Assembly (NCBI GenBank): GCA_964187785.1
Contig: OZ076409.1
Location: 94,862,001 to 94,926,000 of the forward strand
From: Amphiscolops sp. MND2022
Lineage: Eukaryota
Length of the DNA: 64,000 nucleotides
Direction of reading: 5' to 3'
A model generated the notes under the pieces. It was not told where the DNA came from, made no database searches, and saw only the letters and a list, made by a program, of their open reading frames with translations. Below are positions 57,675 through 64,000 of the stretch, piece by piece (the first letter of the stretch is position 1; every line of letters begins with the position of its first letter). A program made the position numbers and the translations under genes.

Positions 57675-57848
57675 CAGGGTTGTCATGTTTCAAAAAAAGG
57701 TTTTAAAACAGCATCGTAAAAAACTGTTATTTCGTTTTTCAATATTTTCATTCAGATTTTGGTCAAATCATAAACATAAGAAAAACAATTTTTTTTTCGT
57801 AAAAACATGTTTTTTTAACCAAAAAACACGTTTTTTATGCCAACCCAG
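57675..57848. mobile_element. Short hAT-like MITE
   Basis: CAGGGTTGTCAT / ATGCCAACCCAG TIRs, 6/8 matching flanks; related terminus at ~33646. Confidence 0.55.
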
Positions 57849-58280
57849 TTTCTTCCGATAAAATCTTTCAAATTATAATTTTGAGAGGGAAGTTTCATCT
57901 CGCCATTTATCATTGAACAGTGTCCTGGCCGTTTTTGAATAACTTTGGGCTCTATGTTTAGGTGGCAATCAAAGTTATCGATGGTTTACTATATTTACCA
58001 TGTAGCATGATAATCAACAAAGCTTGATGTCAACATGTTCCTTGAAAATGACAGGTAGTTGAATAATCAGGAATGAAAGCTTTTATTTCAATAAAAATGG
58101 TTTACAGCCGACTTCAATAATTGCCATCTTTCGTTGCCAAGAAAAATTAAGCAAAAACTAGTGCAAAAATATCTGCGCAAGTGAGGCAATTTTAACCACT
58201 CACAGTTTGAACCTTCGAGTCTTTCTTTTGTCGTTAGATTTTTTTCATCTTTCAATTTTGCTAACAAACATAAGACAAAA

Positions 58281-59579
58281 CAAGCCGGGATCGGCCCAAG
58301 TCGGCGCCCTATCTAAGGCTCAAAAATACCAAAAGGACTTCAAAATGTCAAAGTATTGGTGAATTGTGGACCCTTTTATGAAATTTTTATTTTCGAAAAA
58401 AAGTCTCACAATGCCGACAAAAGTGAAAGGGGGGACCATTTGGGATTTTTCAAAATCCAATCTGTCCAAAAATATCAAAAAATGAAGGTGGGACCCTTCG
58501 GTGAAAAATAAATTTCGAAAAAAGTCTCACAGAGCCGAAAATAGTCTTTGGCCCCGTTGAGTTTCTTAAATGATATAAAAATACTACTTCGTAAGCTAAG
58601 AATTGTAAGAAATTGAGAAATTGTAAGATTGTAAGAATTGTAAGAAAAGTGGACCATTCAGAGTGAGATTGTCAGCTGAAAAAGAAACAAGACGGGATCG
58701 TCTCAAGTCGGCGCCATATCTAAGGCTCAAAAATAGCAAAAGGACTTCAATGTGTCAAATATTCTCTTCTACAGTACCCACATGAGAAAAAAATTGAAAA
58801 AAAAATCCATTTTTATTGATTTTTTTTCGAAATTTTTTTTGGTCTCCGGTAAGTCGCATAGTGCCGAAAAATGTAAAATTTTTGAGCATCCATTTTTTGC
58901 AAAATAGGAAAAAATGAAGGGGGACCCTTTGGAGACATTAAAAAATTTGCGAAAAAAAGTATCACAAACCCGAGAAAAACCTGCACAAAAAAATTTTGAT
59001 TCTGCTTGGCAGACCTCAAAAACACCATAACATCTATGCCAAGTGCCCGTAGAAGTTACAAGTGTGGCAGTTAGTGGATCATGAAAGTTGTAAAAAGTGG
59101 ACCATTCAGAGTGAGATTGTCAGCTGAAAAAGAAAACAAGACGGGAACATCCCAAGTCGGCGCCATATCTAAGGCTCAAAAATATTCAAGGAACAACTTT
59201 GGAAAGATTTGAAAAAATTTTTTTCAAAAAAAGTATTTCTTAAAAAAAGTCGCATAATGCTGAAAAACTTGGAAAAGAGGCCATTTAGGCTCATGAAACG
59301 TTTTTAGAAACCGAAAACTTCAAAAAATGCAAGGAATACCCTTTGATAGAATTCGATAATTTTCGAAAAAAGTCGCATAGTGCCGGAAAAAAAGCCAAAG
59401 GGGGACCTTTTGGTCTCGCCTCTACTTTTGGAAGCATAAAAAAAATGTGGTTTAGTGTGAGAATCGAAACCACGACCTACTGCTTCTCAGAAAATGAGTT
59501 GTGAAAAACTAAGGCGCCGACTAAAAAACTACCCACTGTAATAGTCGGGCTTTTTTCCTTAAGGGAAAAGGCGCCGACT
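58281..59579 (-). mobile_element. Cluster of three nested or tandem family-1 HINE-like elements
   Basis: Hairpin+subTIR ends at 58281, 58688 and 59137; stacked GCGCCGACT ends at 59522 and 59579. Confidence 0.75.
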
Positions 59580-60667
59580 AAAAAAAAACATTTTAGGCGC
59601 CACATTCCACAAATTTTAGATTTAAAAAATAGGCCCCTCGGAGGTAAAATAAAAATTTCTGCTTTAATCTTTCATTAATAATAGAATCATATCTGGAATA
59701 CCGATACACTCCTGTTTAATAATTATTCAGCGCACAATTAATCAGTGTAAAAGTTTACACCGCCTTTAATTCTTCTCGGACTAAAGAAAATATAACTACT
59801 AAGCGTAGACGAAGTTTCGCATTCGCAGTTGAATGCAGTCGAAGCTTTCAACGAACAAATAATTAACACTCATTCGCTTCATCTCAAGGACGTCAGCATA
59901 CGAATGCATAATTACCACTTGCTCGTTCCATCGCACGAGAACTGAAATGTCCACGCTTATAGTCACTGCCGAACAAATATATGAATTATTCAGTATTGTG
60001 CGAAGAATTGTACTGAAAAAAAGTAGACATCTTGAGATTTCAATAATAACCCTGCTACCGCAGCAATAAAAAAATGGAATTAATGATTTTGTTGCCCATC
60101 ACGCAAATCAATTCAGATCAAAACTTTTGGATTTTTCATAGGCTGTCAGCCGCGGCGTCTTCAAAAATTTGATAGACTGCGAAGCACTGTAAATTCTTTT
60201 TTTTTCACTGCAAGATCACCGAACAAGATCATTTTCTAGATTTTTATAAAAACGCAACAGTTAGATGAATTTGGGCTACGGTCCATGTTGTAACGTTAAT
60301 AACATCAGTGACAATGCAGCTAGGGTCAGCATAAAACCACGCGCGTGAATTAGCGTGATTTTCTAGCCAATTAGAGTGCTCCGTGACAAGGCATGATTTT
60401 ACAGCTGAACTGTTTTCAAATATTGTCACTTCAAACCGCCAAGGTTTGGACCCCGGCATTATTAAACGACTGCTGCTTTTTTGGATATAAATTCTTGGAA
60501 AATGAATTGAATGCAGCAGCTATTGCTCCAATTTTGCTTCATGAACTTAGCGTGATTTTCGATTCAAAATACCCTAAGTGCTTGATTTTTGGGCATGTTC
60601 ACGCGTGATTTTATGCTGGCCCCACAATGCATCGCAGCAGAGTATAGGAGGGGGGGTGTATGCTAAC

Positions 60668-60798
60668 CTTCCAGCCATGATTCGATCCAAGGCAGCCTTG
60701 TATCTGGTCTCCCTGTAGAACACGAGCACCGAGTGCAGAGACACGACGGAGACAGCTGCCCCGAAGATGATCTGTGCGTTGCTCAGCTTACTCAGCAT
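60668..60798 (-). CDS. Exon 1 of an unknown 107-aa single-pass membrane protein
   Basis: ATG 6 nt after a TTTTCAG acceptor; hydrophobic IIFGAAVSVVSLHSVLVFY; AG|GTTAGC donor. Confidence 0.6.
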
Positions 60799-61308
60799 TG
60801 CCAACTGAAAAACAAAACATTTCTTGGTTGCTTCGAAATATGAATGCTTTCACACTTATTCATCAATTGCTAAGTGTTTCTTTTTGTTGAATCTTTTTTG
60901 AAGATCTTTGCGAAACCATAGATACACTAAGGTACCAGAAAAAGTTAAAGACACTCGATTTTGCCGACAAAAAATTTCAAATCGCAATGAATTTTTACAT
61001 ACTCAGTTGACACAAAAGTCCCAGGAGCAAACACTTTCTCTAATTTTGATAGGCATGTTAGAAGTATATACTTTTTAATTCAAAACTTCAACGTCATGAC
61101 ACTTGACTATTTTTGACTTTTGCCATTTTCAGAGACAGAAAATGCCTGCGACAAACTTTGTACCTTTGATTCAGATCTCTAAATTCTGAATTTACATCGC
61201 AAAATTCATCTTCATTTTTACACCGTCTCTTCTTTCGCAAACGCCGCGTCAAAAACTAACGGAATATACCCAGACAGCGGTTCCTACACGCCTAACGGTC
61301 TCCTTTTT

Positions 61309-61625
61309 ATTCGGCGCTTCATGAAGTGAAACCAGACTATTATAGTGACTTTTTTCAATCCACATGAACTGACCAAAATAGTTCTACGATACAGAAATGT
61401 TGCAAACTCCCGAAGTGTCCCTCCTTTTAACGCGTCAAAGGGTACCCCCTTCGCTTTGATAGCTGATTTTGGCTTGAAACTTTTGTCGAAAACGTTTTTA
61501 ACCACTGATTGTTTTCTATTATAACTTATGCATATCACTAGGGGTAATTTTCGACACTGAGAAACTGATTGGTTTCCTTTGCATGTTTAATAAACTTGGG
61601 TTTTTGGAACTTGAGCGGGGCTTGA
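61309..61625 (+). mobile_element. Family-1 HINE-like copy, opposite orientation, truncated
   Basis: TTCGGCGCTT..CAGACTATTATAGTGAC terminus; similar fragments at 38739..38843 and ending ~42884. Confidence 0.5.
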
Positions 61626-61744
61626 TGTAGGATTTGATATGGGTGGTCGTCGAAGGTGCCCAACACGCCTGGAAAAGAGGAACATCGAATCCCCAATGTG
61701 CACAAAAGGGAAGAAGATAACAAGTCATGTGGCGACATATAACG

Positions 61745-62814
61745 ACTTGATATCTAAGGCTCAAAAAAAGCAAAAGAACTTCAAAATGTCAAAGCATTGG
61801 GGACCCACCCTTTTATGAAAAGAAAATTTGAAAAAAAGTCTCAATTCCGAAAAAACTGAAAGGGGGACCTTTTGGTTTTTTTTTTCATCATCCATTCTGC
61901 CGCGCAACTCCAGAAAAAATGAAGACGGAACCTTTGCGGAATTTTTTTTGTCGAGAAGTACTATGCCGAAATAATGAAAAAAGAATTGGGAAAAAATTTT
62001 ACCGAATTTTTTTTCGAAATTTTTTTGAAGTCTCTTTTTTTCGAAATTTTTTTGAAGTCTCCGGTAAGTCGCATAGTGCCAAAAAATGTAAAAGGGGACC
62101 CTTTGGGATTTTTTGAACGTCCAATTCGTTGCAAAATATCAAAAAAATTGAAGGGAGGACCTTTGGAGAACCCTTTGGAGACATTAAAAAAATTTGCGAA
62201 AAAAGTCTCAAAGCAGAAATTACATGCACAAAAAAATTGGTCAAGACTCGAACCCACGTCCTTCTGCTTGGCAGACATCAAAATCTATCCTAATTAACCT
62301 CTATGCTAAGTGGCAGTAGAAGTTACAAGTGTGGCAGTTAGTGGACGCAGCTTATAAAGCTTATGAAATCTGTCACTTCGTTGGTCTTAAAAAAACAAGC
62401 CGGGAACAGCTCAAGTTCGGCGCCATATCTAAAGCTCAAAAATAGCAAAAGGACTTCATAGTGTCAAGTATTCTCTTCTACAGTACCCGCATGAGGAAAA
62501 AATTGAAAAAAAATCCCGAATTTTTTTCGAAATTTTTTTCATAATTTTTTTTGGTCTCCGGTAAGTCATATAGTGCCGAAAAATGTAAAAGGGAAGCTAA
62601 AAAAAGCCTAATTAACCTCTATCTCAAGTGCCAGTAGAAGTAGTATGGCAGTTAGTGTTAGTGCAAGTCAGCTAATAAAGCTTATAAAATCTGTCACTTC
62701 GTTGGTCTTAAAAAAGAAAAGTCACTGTTATAGTCTGCGTTTTCCACGAAAAGCGCCGACTAAAAAAGAAAAGTCACTACTATAGTCTGCGTTTTTCTAC
62801 GAAAAGCGCCGACT
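61745..62814 (-). mobile_element. Family-1 HINE-like element containing a nested copy (62396..62761)
   Basis: Outer TTGGTCTTAAAAAA..GAAAAGTCACT is split by a complete inner copy; two stacked AGCGCCGACT termini. Confidence 0.75.
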
Positions 62815-63151
62815 AAAAACATCTGAAATAATTATACACTTCTATTAATTCATTATACAGCGTAATATTCACTATAAAAGTTTACACCGCCTTCGATTCT
62901 TCTCGGACTGAAGGAAATAACTACCGAGCGTATACGACGCTCCGCGTTCGAATTTCAATGCAGACGAAGCTTTAGGGGTACGAACAGTTAACACTCGTTA
63001 GTTAGATCTCAATGAAAGCGCTGTCTCGCTGCTACGAGAATTAGATAAACTAACTAAAGACTTGAAGTAGCCAATCAAAATTGGCTCAAAAAAGGGTCGA
63101 TGAATAGGTCTTGAAAAAAATCACATTTACAGCTTCTAAAAGGGAAATTTT

Positions 63152-64000
63152 ACACAGGCGAGGCCGTGCTTCGCAAACACTTGCGAACGTTTGAAGAGAA
63201 AACCAAATAAGCAGTACGGAGAACCAAAGGTAAAAGAACAATATTGTTAAAACTTCATCAATTTAACAGCGCCAAAAAATACCCGAAGGGAAACGCATAA
63301 GACTCGAAAACACTTTTTCTCCAACTGGAAACAGCAAAAAACCCATATTCTCAACCGAAAACTTCCAAAAAAAATGAGGAAAACTTCTTGATGAAGGTCT
63401 CCAGTCACATAGTCCCGAAAAACCTGTGGAGTCCTTTATGCTCGCAAAACATTTCGTGTCTGGTAAAAATGTGAGGGGAGGGGCTTGAATGAAAACAAAT
63501 TAGAAAAAAATTGCATAGGAAAAACGCTGGTCTTTTAAAAAAGGAACAAAAATAGGGTATAGCGTGCTGGGCTTGAGAAAACCTTATTTAAGACAAAAAT
63601 TATTCATTTTGAAAAACAATGCCGAAAACTACAAAAAAAGGGGGGCTTTGAGATTTTATAACAACGATTCTGTTGCAAAATATAGAAAAATTGAAGGGGG
63701 ACCCTATGGAGACTTCACAAAAATTTCGAAAAAAAAACAAAAAGAGAATTTTGAACACTCTCATAGTGCCGAAAAATCTGAAAGAAGGGACCCTTTGGAA
63801 TTCTTTATCTTTCGTTCTGTTGCAAAATATCAAAAAAATGAAGGGAGGATCCTTTGAGGACATTAAAAAATTGCGAAAAAAGTCCCACGAAGACCAAAGG
63901 GGGGTCTCAGAGTGCCGAAAAAAGTGCTTCTGCTTCAGAATGCTTGTGAAAAACTACCGCATACGCACCGTTTCGAACACGAACCCTCTGGGTTGATAAG
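63152..64000 (-). mobile_element. Family-2 HINE-like element (runs off window)
   Basis: Colinear with 35557..36300. Confidence 0.7.

Noticed and set aside
58475..63996. Numerous F/K-rich short ORFs
   Set aside because: Translations of HINE-like repeats; no coding signal.

Overview
Eukaryotic (metazoan-like, AT-rich, repeat-dense) genomic DNA. Two divergent, syntenic Polinton/Maverick (adintovirus-like) elements lie 1.4 kb apart. Element A runs from before position 1 to about 14542 (left end outside the window). Element B is complete at 15939..33629, with ~356-bp TIRs starting AGTAGT and a perfect 6-bp TSD CAAGAT. Both carry pPolB, adenain-like protease, major and minor capsid, a basic core-like protein, rve integrase, packaging ATPase and a DEDD exonuclease, and each is partly disabled. 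Element B sits inside an intron of a minus-strand host AVL9 gene reconstructed exon by exon from 55559 down to about 14700. Highlights: (i) element A carries an intronless type-II-membrane gene with an EGFR-ligand-type EGF domain beside a tRNA-like Pol III unit near its inferred terminus; (ii) element A pPolB has a canonical 139-bp GT-AG intron that element B lacks; (iii) element B has a 498-bp internal tandem array plus PC4-like and HUH-motif ORFs. The rest holds a decayed Gypsy element with nested LINE and Helitron-like insertions and a 1.3-kb tandem duplication, several hAT MITEs, two families of Helentron/HINE-like elements with tRNA-like cores that nest inside themselves, and a small two-exon membrane-protein gene. 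Family assignments come from motif recognition by eye; no searches were run.
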